Below, in pieces: positions 1 to 9,550 of a DNA stretch of 64,000 nucleotides. Made by a program: the position numbers and the translations under genes. The stretch is from an uncultured delta proteobacterium (GTDB lineage: Bacteria > Desulfobacterota > Binatia > JACPRU01). Where the stretch lies: assembly GCA_963745025.1 (NCBI GenBank), contig CAVUWD010000010.1:1-64000 (forward strand), written 5' to 3'. Every line of letters begins with the position of its first letter. The first letter of the stretch is position 1. Under the pieces are notes generated by a model. That model made no database searches and had not been told where the DNA came from. It saw only the letters and a list, made by a program, of their open reading frames with translations.

Positions 1-341
1 GCGGAGGCGATCAACGAGTTTCAGAAGGCCGCCGATATCTCGGGAGGGGGCGCGGCGCAGCTGGGCTCTCTTGGATATGCCTGCGCCCTCGCCAACCGCC
101 GGGCCGAAGCGCTCGAGATCGTCGAGAAGCTGAAGGAGCGATCGAGAGCAGTACGTGCCCCTCGCGATGGTGGCCGTCGTCTACACCGGGCTGGGTGACA
201 GGGATCAGGCTATGACATGGCTCGAAAGCCAACGAGGAGCGGGATCCCTGGCTCACTGGGCTCAAGGTGGACCCCATGTTCGACTCTCTTCGGTCGGACC
301 CGCGGTTCCTCGATCTCATGCACCGTGTTGGGTTTAACTGA
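1..341 (+). CDS. 3' end of a TPR-repeat protein (TolB-like/TPR tail of Ser/Thr kinase or cyclase type), partial and frameshifted
   Basis: Joining frames gives [16 protein letters not shown]...[25 protein letters not shown]...[25 protein letters not shown]...[34 protein letters not shown]; TGA at 339-341. Confidence 0.7.
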
Positions 342-393
342 CCGCGCCTCCGTAGGTGTCTGTCATATCCTCCGATCCCATCGGAGGTAACAC

Positions 394-2440
394 GTGGCCG
401 TTGAAGTCTCTCCCGCGAAGCTGAGGTACCGCGTCCGCACCCTGTCAGTCCTCGTGGCGCTGGCCGGCGCGTCGCTCCTCGGTGGGCCCGCAAGTGCCCA
501 GACCACGGCGCACGCGAAGGCGACTCCGGCGAAGACGCCGCCCCCGCCACGTACCCGGCGCTGCCGAGCGAGACGCCGGCAGAGTTCGCGCCGACGAACG
601 ACGGCTTCGACCACGTCCAGGCGCGAGGTGATGATCCCCATGCGCGACGGCGTGAAGCTGCACACGGTCATCCTGGTTCCGAAGGGCGCCAAGGGCGCGC
701 CGATCCTGCTGACGCGCACGCCCTACGACGCCGACAAGCTCACGAGCCACGCCGAGAGCGCTCACCTCGGCCCGATCCTGACGGCTACGACAACGCCACC
801 GACGTGATCGTCGAGGGCGGCTACATCCGCGTCGTGCAGGACATGCGCGGCAAGCACGGCTCCGAGGGCGACTACGTGATGAACCGTCCGCTGCGCGGGC
901 CGCAGAACCCGACGCCCGTCGATCATGCGACCGACACCTACGACACCATCGACTGGCTCGTGAAGAACGTCCCGGAGAGCAACGGCAAGGTCGGCATCCT
1001 CGGCATCTCGTACGACGGCTTCCTGCCCTTGATGGCGCTGGTCAATCCGCACCCGGCGCTCAAGGTGTCGGTGCCGATGAACCCGATGGTGGACGGCTGG
1101 ATGGGCGACGACTGGTTCCACAACGGCGCCTTCCGCCAGTCAGACGATGACCTACATCTACAACCAGGAGGCGACGCGCAAGTCGGAGGCGAAGTGGTGG
1201 ACGAGCCACTACGACGACTACGACATGTTCATGCGAGGCCGGCTCGGCCGGCGAGCTCGGGCGCCGCCGCGGGCTGGAGCAGGTCGGCTTCTGGCGCAAG
1301 CTCCTCGAGCATCCGAGCCTACGACGCCTTCTGGCGCGACCAGGCGGTGGACAAGGTGCTGGCCGCGCAGCCGCTGAACGGTGCCGGTGATGCTGGTGCA
1401 CAGCCTGTGGGACCAGGAGGACATCTACGGCGCGCTCGCCGTCTACAAGGCGATCGAACCGAAGGACACGGGCAACGACAAGGTGTTCCTGGTCATGGGT
1501 CCCTGGCATCACGGCCAGGAGATCGAGCGATGGCAGCGCGCTCGGCGCCGCTGCAAGTTCGGCAGCGACACCGCGCTCTACTTCCGCCGCGAGATCCTGC
1601 GCCCGTTCCTCGATCAGTACCTGAAGGACGGCGCGCCCAAGGCCGACGTCGCGCCGGTCTACGGCGTTCGAAACCGGGACGAACCACTGGCGCGGCTTGC
1701 CCGCCTGGCCGGCCGGCTGCGCGAGCGGCTGCACCGCGCGCGTCCGACGCCGCTCTACCTCGCCAGCCGGCGCTGAAGCTGGGCTTCGCCGCGCCGAAGA
1801 CCGCGGCGACGCGGCGTTCGACGAATACGTCTCCGACCCGGCCAAGCCGGTGCCCTTCCGCGCCGCGCCCGATCCAGCCGATCGGCTACGACGACGGTGA
1901 CCTGGCGCGCAGTGGCTGCGTCGACGATCAGCGCGAGGCCTCCGGCCGCCCGGACGTCGCTGGCGTTCGTCTCCGACGCCTCTGACCGCGCCGGTGAAGA
2001 TCAGCGGCGAGCCGGTCGCCAATCTGGTCGCCTCCACGAGCGGCACGGACACCGACTGGGTGGTCAAGCTGATCGACGTCTATCCCGACGAAGTGGCCGG
2101 CCAGCCGGAGATGGGCGGCTATCAGCTGATGGTCTCGATGCCGACATCTTCCGCGGCCGCTATCGCGAGAGCTTCGAGACAGCCGAAGCCGATCGCCGCC
2201 GACAAGCCGCTGCCCTACCGCTTCGCGCTGCCGACCGCCAACCACGTCTTCCTGCCGGGCCACCGGATCATGGTGCAGGTCCAGTCGAGCTGGTTCCCGC
2301 TCTACGACCGCAACCCGCAGACGTTCGTGCCGAACATCTTCTGGGCCAAGCCGGAGGACTACCGGAAGGCGACGCAGCGCGTCTACCACGCTCCGGGGCA
2401 GGCGAGCTTCATCGAGCTGCCGCTCGTTCGAACGCCTTGA
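394..2440 (+). CDS. Secreted CocE/NonD family hydrolase (alpha-amino acid ester hydrolase / glutaryl-7-ACA acylase-like), broken by many frameshifts
   Basis: Signal-like N-terminus; motifs EVMIPMRDGVKLHTVI, LLTRTPY, DTYDTIDWLV, GISYDGF (catalytic Ser), WDQED, GPWHHG and HRIMVQVQSSWFPLYDRNPQTFV occur in the expected order across successive ORFs. Confidence 0.85.
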
Positions 2441-2669
2441 GAGAGACGCTCATGTTGCCTCACCAGGCCACAGTCCAGTCCGCCCACAGGTCATAGAGCC
2501 GGAACCCTTTCCCTGTGGTTGCCGCGCCGCGGACGCCGGTTCCAGCTCGTCGGGATCGAAGCGATCGGCGCCTCAACGAACGAGCGCGGGACGGAGCTCC
2601 TTGACGATCGGTCCCAACCCCATGTGCCGTGGCAGGAAGTCGAGCCGTCCCCATCTGCCGTGTGCGATC

Positions 2670-2798
2670 TCAGCGGCGGCGCGGCCGGCGAGCGACGACG
2701 ATCGTCCGCACGCCCCGCGTTGCCATATCGATCGCCGCTTGTCTGCCGATCCCGGACGAGGCCCTGGTGACGATCGCTACCCGACCCTGGTAGTTCAT
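2670..2798 (-). pseudogene. N-terminal remnant of a short-chain dehydrogenase/reductase
   Basis: SD GGAGGGAG then MNYQGRVAIVTRASSGIGRQAAIDMATRGVRTIVVARR; degenerate TGxxxGIG motif; stops after 42 aa. Confidence 0.65.
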
Positions 2799-2837
2799 GT
2801 CTCCCTCCATTTGCCGCGGAGGACCTGGCACTCCCAG

Positions 2838-3521
2838 ATGTCCGAGCCGAACCGCAAGCCGATCGTCCGCGAGATCGCCGAGTATCCCGCGACTCTGATC
2901 GAATTCGAGCATGCAGGCGTGCAGGTCGCTCTCTATCGGGTCGCGCGGCTCGAGGACTTGGTCGACCGCGAAGCGCTGCTGCGGGAAGATCTCGTTCCGG
3001 ACCCACCGTACTGGGCGCATCTTTGGACCGGAGCACGAGCGCTGGCCCGGAGCCTGGCCGAAGCCGGCAGTCTTTCGGGAAGGCGCGTGCTCGATCTCGG
3101 CTGCGGGCTCGGCCTGCCCGGCCTGGTCGCCGCGGCGCTCGGAGCGGAGGTCTGGTTCGTCGATCGCGAAGCCGCCGCGCTCGAGTTCGTGCGCGCGAGC
3201 GCGCGGCGAAACCGCCTGGAACACACGCATTGCGTCGAGCTCGACTTCGTCCGCGGCGCACTCGATCGCAAATTCGACGTCATTCTCGGCGCCGAGCTCG
3301 TCTACGACCCGCAGAGCTACGGTCCGCTCTGCGACTTCCTCGATCGTCACCTCGGCCCGAACGGCGTCATCCATCTCACCGACGCATTCCGTTCCGATGC
3401 CGACAGCTTCTTCGCCGAGCTTCGCTGCCGTGGCTTCGAGGGGAGTCGGCGGTCCTGGCGCGAGTGGGAAGACGGCCGACCGCACGGGCTATTTCTCTGG
3501 ACGTTCCGGCGCACTGGATAA
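2838..3521 (+). CDS. Class I SAM-dependent methyltransferase, family 16 (putative protein-lysine methyltransferase)
   Basis: PYWAHLW, VLDLGCGLG and FDVILGAELVY motifs; ATG at 2838. Confidence 0.8.
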   Translation: MSEPNRKPIVREIAEYPATLIEFEHAGVQVALYRVARLEDLVDREALLREDLVPDPPYWAHLWTGARALARSLAEAGSLSGRRVLDLGCGLGLPGLVAAALGAEVWFVDREAAALEFVRASARRNRLEHTHCVELDFVRGALDRKFDVILGAELVYDPQSYGPLCDFLDRHLGPNGVIHLTDAFRSDADSFFAELRCRGFEGSRRSWREWEDGRPHGLFLWTFRRTG

Positions 3522-4288
3522 TGGGCCCGGATTCGCATACCAATGCGCTTCACCGCGTGACAGGATTGTTTCACATTCGGCACGCTTCGCTCGCGCTCAC
3601 GCAGGCAGCGTTGCTCGCCGCCTGCAGCGGCGCGCTACGTGGAGCCAGCTCCTCTCCGGAAGTGCCTCGAAGAGCGGCCGAGCCAACCGCAGAGAGTCGC
3701 ACCGTTCGAGAAGGGAGCCCGCCCCTGGCAACGGCACCTTCCCCTCTCGCCGCGCCCGGGGCTTCCGCTGAGACGACCAACTTCATGTCGGGTGCGCCGG
3801 CAACCGGGGTGTCTCCGCCCCCTCCACCCTCCGAGCCGTACATGGCTCCCGCTGCGAACGCTCCCCCTCCACCCGCGGCGCCCTCGAGCGAAGCCCGCGA
3901 TCGACAGTTCGACATCCTGAACGAAGCCGTCGCCGCGCTCCGCCAAGAGGTCGCGCGCGGTTACCAGCGCGCGCAGGAGCTCGGCGAGCAAAACGAGTGG
4001 CTGCGCGAGTTGGTTACATCGCTGCGGCGCGATCTCCGCAAGAGCCGCGACCGGAACAAGTCACTCAATGATCGCCTCCAGTTGCTCCAGAAGAAGCTGC
4101 ACGAGATCAGCGCGCCACCGCCGGAAAAGACCGCGGTGACAGAGCCGAGAGGCGCGGCGTCTCCCGAAGAGAAGGCCACGCCCACCCCACCCCTGACGCA
4201 GCCCCCGGAGCAGCCTCCGGCGCGGGATCCGGCCAGCGCCGCGAGCGACGAGGGCTCCGCAGCGGCGCCCCAACGCAAGACCGATTAG
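3521..4288 (+). CDS. Putative lipoprotein with Pro-rich linkers and a coiled coil
   Basis: TAATG overlap with the upstream stop; LLAAC lipobox-like motif; heptad-rich segment FDILNEAVAALRQEV...LQLLQKKLHEI. Confidence 0.55.
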   Translation: MGPDSHTNALHRVTGLFHIRHASLALTQAALLAACSGALRGASSSPEVPRRAAEPTAESRTVREGSPPLATAPSPLAAPGASAETTNFMSGAPATGVSPPPPPSEPYMAPAANAPPPPAAPSSEARDRQFDILNEAVAALRQEVARGYQRAQELGEQNEWLRELVTSLRRDLRKSRDRNKSLNDRLQLLQKKLHEISAPPPEKTAVTEPRGAASPEEKATPTPPLTQPPEQPPARDPASAASDEGSAAAPQRKTD

Positions 4289-4296
4289 CGAACCGC

Positions 4297-4470
4297 TTGA
4301 AGCGAAAATAATTTCGGCCGAGAAAAACGTGCCGAGCCCGCACCCGAGCGCCAGACGAGTCGCGGGGTCGTCTTTTTGGATGCGTCGCGAGGTGCCTAGG
4401 AAGACGCTCGTGGCGGGCGAGTCGGGTGCGGGCTCGGCGCGCTCTGCGGGTCCAAGTATTTTCGTTTCAA
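4297..4470. mobile_element. MITE/REP-like inverted-repeat element, family A copy 1
   Basis: Ends TTGAAGCGAAAATAATT / AAGTATTTTCGTTTCAA (17-bp inverted repeat, 2 mismatches); perfect internal 17-bp IR GCCGAGCCCGCACCCGA / TCGGGTGCGGGCTCGGC; homologous copy at 33078. Confidence 0.7.
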
Positions 4471-5420
4471 GGCCAAGAACGCCTGCTCGCGCCAGCATCG
4501 ACGATGTCTGGCGGGGAGCGGAACACGCGTCCCTCGCCGTGCTCGAGGAGAGCGAGCTGCGACTCGAGGCCTGCTTCTCGAGCGAGCTTGTGAATCCAAC
4601 GCGGCGGCTCGTCTGGCGGTTCGTAAGAGAGCACGAACGTCCCCCAGTGAATGGGCACCAAGTAGCGCGCTCGCAAATCGAGGAACGCCCGAAACGCGTC
4701 CTCGGGATTCATGTGCACTCTTCGGAAGGAAACGGGCTGGTACGCGCCGATCGGCAGAACGGCCACGTCTATCGAGAAGCGCTCGCCGTAATCACGAAAG
4801 AGCGGCGTGTAGGCCGTGTCGCCGGGGAAGAACACCCTGCCCGACGGCCCTTCGATCAGAAACCCCGTGTAGCCACGTCGGTCCGGCAGCAGGCCGCGCG
4901 TCCCCCAGTGATTCACGGCGAGCGAGGTGATGCGGATGCCCTTGTGCTCGACGTGCCGTCCCCAACCGAGCTCGACGACCTTCCGATAACCGGCGCCCGT
5001 GACCAGATCGCCGAGATTTTCGGCGACGACCGCGATCGTGTCACGCTTCTGGAGGCGGTGGTGTGTGGAAACGTCGAGATGATCGTGATGACCGTGAGAC
5101 ACGAGGACGATGTCGAGATCCGGCAGACCGCCTTCCGGCAACCCCGGTGACACCAGGCGCTTCGCCACGAAAAGCCGCTGGGAAAGGACGGGATCCGTGA
5201 GCAGCGTCACGCCGTCGAGCTCGATCAGCACGGTTGCATGGCCGACGAAGGTCACGCCGATCTCGCCGCTGCCGACTCGCAGGCGCGGGCGACGCTTCGG
5301 CTCCCGCGTGGCGGCGAAGCTCGCACGCGCCAGGTGCGCGACGTAGCGCGCCACGCTGAAATCGGCGTCGACCCCCGGGCTCCGTGCGAAGAGGCGGCGC
5401 GGCTTTGAAGATGAGGTCAA
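4467..5420 (-). CDS. MBL-fold metallo-hydrolase (NAPE-PLD/RomA-like)
   Basis: GHATVLI, LLTDPV, SHGHHDHLD, FPGDTAY, LPIGAY and PIHWGTF motifs. Confidence 0.85.
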   Translation of the reverse strand: MTSSSKPRRLFARSPGVDADFSVARYVAHLARASFAATREPKRRPRLRVGSGEIGVTFVGHATVLIELDGVTLLTDPVLSQRLFVAKRLVSPGLPEGGLPDLDIVLVSHGHHDHLDVSTHHRLQKRDTIAVVAENLGDLVTGAGYRKVVELGWGRHVEHKGIRITSLAVNHWGTRGLLPDRRGYTGFLIEGPSGRVFFPGDTAYTPLFRDYGERFSIDVAVLPIGAYQPVSFRRVHMNPEDAFRAFLDLRARYLVPIHWGTFVLSYEPPDEPPRWIHKLAREAGLESQLALLEHGEGRVFRSPPDIVDAGASRRSWP

Positions 5421-5698
5421 CGCGTGAGGATCAGGAAGCGCTTCTTCAGCTCCGTCACCTGGTCCTGAATCGACGGCGAGCCCCGAAGGGTCATCAGCGT
5501 TTGGAAGACCTCGAGATCCCCCGCCTCGCCGTGGCGCTCGACGATCTCCTGCGCCGCGTTGGCGATCTCGCGAATCAGCCGAGGAACCTCTGCTTGCGGA
5601 ATGACCAAGTCGCCCCGGCTGAGAGTGCCGCTCCAGTTCGAAGCATACGGCCGTAGCACGCTGAGGATCCGTTCGGCGATAGCCTTGTTCCCGGACAT
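5417..5698 (-). CDS. Small hypothetical protein
   Basis: ATG at 5698 after GAGGAG-like purine run; 93-aa ORF whose stop overlaps the MBL gene start; typical codon usage. Confidence 0.6.
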   Translation of the reverse strand: MSGNKAIAERILSVLRPYASNWSGTLSRGDLVIPQAEVPRLIREIANAAQEIVERHGEAGDLEVFQTLMTLRGSPSIQDQVTELKKRFLILTR

Positions 5699-5823
5699 TG
5701 CTTGCTCTTCGTGCCGGGGCGAATCGTAACCTAGGGGTGGCGTGCTTTCAATCGAAGTTTCGGCCATCGCGCATTTCGCCTGCCCTCGCGTTCGCGTCGT
5801 TGACCCGCCGGCACCCCTTCCCT

Positions 5824-7176
5824 ATGAAGAAGATGCTCATGTCGGACACGCCGCTCCCATTTCGGCCCCGCACTTCCAGCCCCGTGGACCGAGCCTTGTC
5901 CAACATCGAAGCCCAAGCGACCGCCGTGCGTCGGCGGGTCAATCGATTCGCGCTCGAGCGTGCCGTTTTCCTGACAGGGGGCGCGACGCTTGTTGGCTTT
6001 TCGCTGCTCGTCGCTTTCGCCTTCATACTCTCCCGGCAAGGCTATGCGCTAGTGACGTGGCTGATTCTCGCGTCGTTGACGTTCGTCCTGTCGTCTGGTG
6101 TGCGCCGACTGCGCCGCGTCTGGCTTTCGGGAGCCGAGGCGCCTGTGATCATCGACCATCGAGTCGGTCTCGAGGATCGTCTGGCGACCCTGGTCGCGGC
6201 TTCGCCGAAGGTTCGACAGTCGCGACTCTGGGATTTCCTGCTGCACGAGAACCTACGGCTGCTGCCGCGCTGGGACCCGCGGCGGCTCGAGCCGCGAGCG
6301 ATGCCCCGCAGCGTCTGGTTCTTCGCGCTTTCCGTCTTGCTGGCGCTCTTCGCCCTCTGGATGACTCCCCGGCGCGGGGCGTTCGGCGGTGCGTCGCGTT
6401 CGGGGGTCGGACAAGACCAGCGCGAGCCGCAGGCGGGTGAAGACGAGCAAACCGCCGAAGAGACTCCAGACCTCGCTCCAGGCTCGTCGCTGTGGAGAGA
6501 CCTTCCCGAAAGTTTGCGGCAGGCGATCCTCGGGTCTCGAGCATCGCAGAACCTCGCGGGCGCGATTCCCGAAAAGACACTGCCCCTCGACGAGGACCGT
6601 GGCGGGCCAGCCATCGCTGGCAATCGCATGGCGAGCCACGGGCCGGTTCGATCCGCACCCGCCAGCCCCGATGCCGCTCGCCTCGCGGGCCGTGAAGGCT
6701 CCACGACGAACGGTGCGTCGGTGCCGAATGCGGCGCGTCCTCCTGCGGGGCAGGGAGAGCCGACGACGTCCTCACGCCCTGCGCGTGGTGAGGCCCCGAA
6801 GGAGCTCCGGCGCGTGGAGAGCGGGCGGGCGAAGATTCAGGCGCGTGCTCCGCAGGCGAAGGGCGGAGGAAGTGGCAGTGGTGGGGCGGGGGCCGGCAGC
6901 GGGGGCGACGCGGAAGGTCTCTATGGCGAGCGGCAGGCTTCCGGCCAGACGGCCGGCTCCTTCGCGCTCGACCTCGACGCGATGCGCAGCGCTCAGCCCG
7001 TCAAGGAGGGTGAGAACGATTCTCCGAGCGCACCGCCGTCGAGCCGGCTTGCCGACGATCAGCGCCTCGACGACGCCATTCGGCGCGCGCAGGTTCCCGT
7101 CGAGTACGAGAAGATCGTGCAGAGAATCTTCACTCGAGTTACCGAGTCTTCGGATCGGCCCGATCGGCAGGAGTGA
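5824..7176 (+). CDS. Membrane protein with 3 TM segments and a low-complexity Gly-rich C-terminus (MoxR-associated type)
   Basis: Hydrophobic segments; IDHRVGLEDRLAT motif; C-terminal VPVEYEKIVQRIF; GTGA overlap with moxR. Confidence 0.65.
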   Translation: MKKMLMSDTPLPFRPRTSSPVDRALSNIEAQATAVRRRVNRFALERAVFLTGGATLVGFSLLVAFAFILSRQGYALVTWLILASLTFVLSSGVRRLRRVWLSGAEAPVIIDHRVGLEDRLATLVAASPKVRQSRLWDFLLHENLRLLPRWDPRRLEPRAMPRSVWFFALSVLLALFALWMTPRRGAFGGASRSGVGQDQREPQAGEDEQTAEETPDLAPGSSLWRDLPESLRQAILGSRASQNLAGAIPEKTLPLDEDRGGPAIAGNRMASHGPVRSAPASPDAARLAGREGSTTNGASVPNAARPPAGQGEPTTSSRPARGEAPKELRRVESGRAKIQARAPQAKGGGSGSGGAGAGSGGDAEGLYGERQASGQTAGSFALDLDAMRSAQPVKEGENDSPSAPPSSRLADDQRLDDAIRRAQVPVEYEKIVQRIFTRVTESSDRPDRQE

Positions 7177-8216
7177 CCGTGGAGAGCGGTGAAAGGCTGA
7201 TCCTCGAGTTCCGCGAAACCTTCGCAAGCATCCTCGACCAGGTTTCCCGGGTGATCGTGGGGCATCGCGAGGTCCTCGAGCAGACCCTGGTGGCGTTCTT
7301 CGCGGGCGGCCACGTGTTGATCGAGGGAGTGCCTGGTACGGGCAAGACGTTGATCGTTCGTTCGCTCGGCGAGGCGCTCAACCTGAGCTTCAACCGGATT
7401 CAGTTCACGGTCGACTTGATGCCAGCCGACGTCACGGGAACCCGGATCATCCTCGATCGCGAGGACGGGCGGCGCGAGCTGGTCTTCGTCGAGGGTCCGC
7501 TCTTCAGCCACGTGCTGCTCGCGGATGAGATCAACCGCGCCACGCCGAAGACGCAGGCGGCTCTGCTCGAGGCGATGGCGGAGTTGCAGGTCACCGTGGC
7601 CGCCACGACGTACCGGCTGCGCCCTCCGTTCTTCGTCCTCGCGACGCTGAATCCGATCGAAATGGAAGGGACCTACCCACTTCCCGAGGCTCAGCTCGAC
7701 CGTTTTTTCTTCAAGGTACATCTTCCCTACCCGGGACACGCCGAGATGAAGAAGATTCTCGCAACGACGACCGGTGCGGACGCGGCGAAGATCGAGCCGG
7801 TCTTTCCTCGCGAGGACGCGCCGACACGCCTCGAGAACCTGAAGCGCCTGGTCCGCGAGGTGATGGTGGCACCGCATATCGAGGACTACGCCGCTGCCAT
7901 CGTGCGCGCGACGCATCCGGCAGGCTCGTCGTTCGTGAAGGAGGCCGACCTACCCGGTTTGACCAAGGACGAGTTCGTGAACAAGTACGTCAGCTTCGGC
8001 TCGAGCCCCCGTGGAGGGCAGGCCCTCATCCTCGCCGCGAAGGTCCATGCGCTGCTGGCTGGCCGAGCCAACGTCGCGGCGGACGACGTCGATCGTTCGG
8101 TGGTAGCGGCGCTGAATCACCGGCTGGTGCTCAATTTCGCGGCCGAGGCCGAAGGGGTGAACCCACGAATCATCGTCGAGCGGGCGCTCGCATCGGTGCG
8201 GAAGCTCCGCCGCTGA
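7173..8216 (+). CDS. MoxR family AAA+ ATPase
   Basis: GHVLIEGVPGTGKT, RIQFTVDLMPADVTG, LLADEINRATPKTQAALLEAM, NPIEMEGTYPLPEAQLDRF, SPRG. Confidence 0.92.
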   Translation: MTVESGERLILEFRETFASILDQVSRVIVGHREVLEQTLVAFFAGGHVLIEGVPGTGKTLIVRSLGEALNLSFNRIQFTVDLMPADVTGTRIILDREDGRRELVFVEGPLFSHVLLADEINRATPKTQAALLEAMAELQVTVAATTYRLRPPFFVLATLNPIEMEGTYPLPEAQLDRFFFKVHLPYPGHAEMKKILATTTGADAAKIEPVFPREDAPTRLENLKRLVREVMVAPHIEDYAAAIVRATHPAGSSFVKEADLPGLTKDEFVNKYVSFGSSPRGGQALILAAKVHALLAGRANVAADDVDRSVVAALNHRLVLNFAAEAEGVNPRIIVERALASVRKLRR

Positions 8217-8362
8217 GCGCCGCCTAGTCACGCTCGCTCGCCGTCCGGCACGGCTTGCGATTGCCTACGCTCCGACACGAAGACTGGGAAGCCCCTTTTG
8301 TGGGCTGCTGGTGTTCACGCTGGTCAAACCGATCCCTGCCCCATCTCCCGCCACGGAGATTC

Positions 8363-9541
8363 CTAGAACGGATAGTCGAGCCCCGTGAAAACCGCGGGGC
8401 CTTCGGATCCGTAGCCGATGTCGACGAATCCGACCACCTGCGGCCGCACCACGCCGCGGAAGCCGACGCCACCGACGAAGTGCAGGGCATCGACCGGCAC
8501 GGTGCTCGCGGACGAAAACACCTCGCCCACGTCGAAGAACGGCGCGACCTCGAATTCCGTCAGTACGTCGAACATCTCGCGACGCAGCGCCATCGTGCGC
8601 AGCTCGACGGTGCTGAAAAAACGGTTCGAGTCCACGAAACGGTCGTCGCCGAAGCCGCGCAGGCTCTTCACACCGCCGAGCGAGCTTCGTTCGTAGAACG
8701 GCGCCTGATCCGCGTTTTCGAGGTAGTCGAGCACCGAGTGAAGCGCGAGCACGAAGCGCTCACGGAAGGGCACGAAGTGGCGTAGCTCGAAGCCGTACTT
8801 GACATAGGAATCGGAGCTCCCGAGCGCCCGAGCGACGACTTCGACTCGCGCCGCGCCAAGGGTCCCGCGATTGGTGATCGTCGTCGAGTCGCGATCGTCG
8901 TAGGCCACGCCGAAGCTCTGGCCGTTGACGGTCGAGCCGTCGAGACCCTGCGTGTCGGGGTAGAGCGTCCCCGTGAACGGCAGGTCCGTCACTCCGCCCT
9001 GGTGGATCGAGGCGATTTCGACTCGTCCCTGCCACGCGATCTCGAATTTTTCGATCGGGCGATACGCGACGCGGAGCAAGGTGGCAAACTTGTCCTGCGT
9101 GTAATTCGATTCTCCGCTTTCCTTCGTCTCGTTGCCGAAACCATAGAAACGCAGGCGGGAGTCCTGAAAGTAGGAGAGGTTCACGAGCACGTTCATGGCG
9201 CCGTCGAGCATTCCGTCACGCTCGTATTCGCCGATGAAGTCCTCGTCGATCTTCTGCGACTTGCGCAGCAGAATGTAGTAGCGCTGATCGATGGTCGGGT
9301 AGCCGAACAATCGGAATGCGGGGAACCAGCCGGTGATCTTGTTGTAGCGAATGTCGTCCGCGATGATGTTCTCGAGCCGCCCGTTCCGGTCGAGCAGGAG
9401 CAGCACGGGAAGAAAGCCGTAGGTGTTTCCCTCGTTCGGATCGGTGAGAATTTCCGGGAGCGGTACGACGCTCAGGCCGGCATAGGCGGGCGCAACCCAC
9501 ACCAACGCCCCGAGAGCGAGGAGCCGCGCCAAGTTTCGCAC
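8363..9541 (-). CDS. Omp85/BamA-TamA family outer-membrane beta-barrel protein without POTRA domains
   Basis: Signal peptide; LGG..SLRGF...RF motif; C-terminal GLDYPF beta-signal. Confidence 0.8.
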   Translation of the reverse strand: MRNLARLLALGALVWVAPAYAGLSVVPLPEILTDPNEGNTYGFLPVLLLLDRNGRLENIIADDIRYNKITGWFPAFRLFGYPTIDQRYYILLRKSQKIDEDFIGEYERDGMLDGAMNVLVNLSYFQDSRLRFYGFGNETKESGESNYTQDKFATLLRVAYRPIEKFEIAWQGRVEIASIHQGGVTDLPFTGTLYPDTQGLDGSTVNGQSFGVAYDDRDSTTITNRGTLGAARVEVVARALGSSDSYVKYGFELRHFVPFRERFVLALHSVLDYLENADQAPFYERSSLGGVKSLRGFGDDRFVDSNRFFSTVELRTMALRREMFDVLTEFEVAPFFDVGEVFSSASTVPVDALHFVGGVGFRGVVRPQVVGFVDIGYGSEGPAVFTGLDYPF

Positions 9542-9550
9542 CGGCGGAAT

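Noticed and set aside
8217-8362. Possible ncRNA or repeat copy between moxR and the Omp85 gene
   Set aside because: Only a weak CTAGGAA..CGTGGCGGG resemblance to family A on the minus strand; no convincing structure
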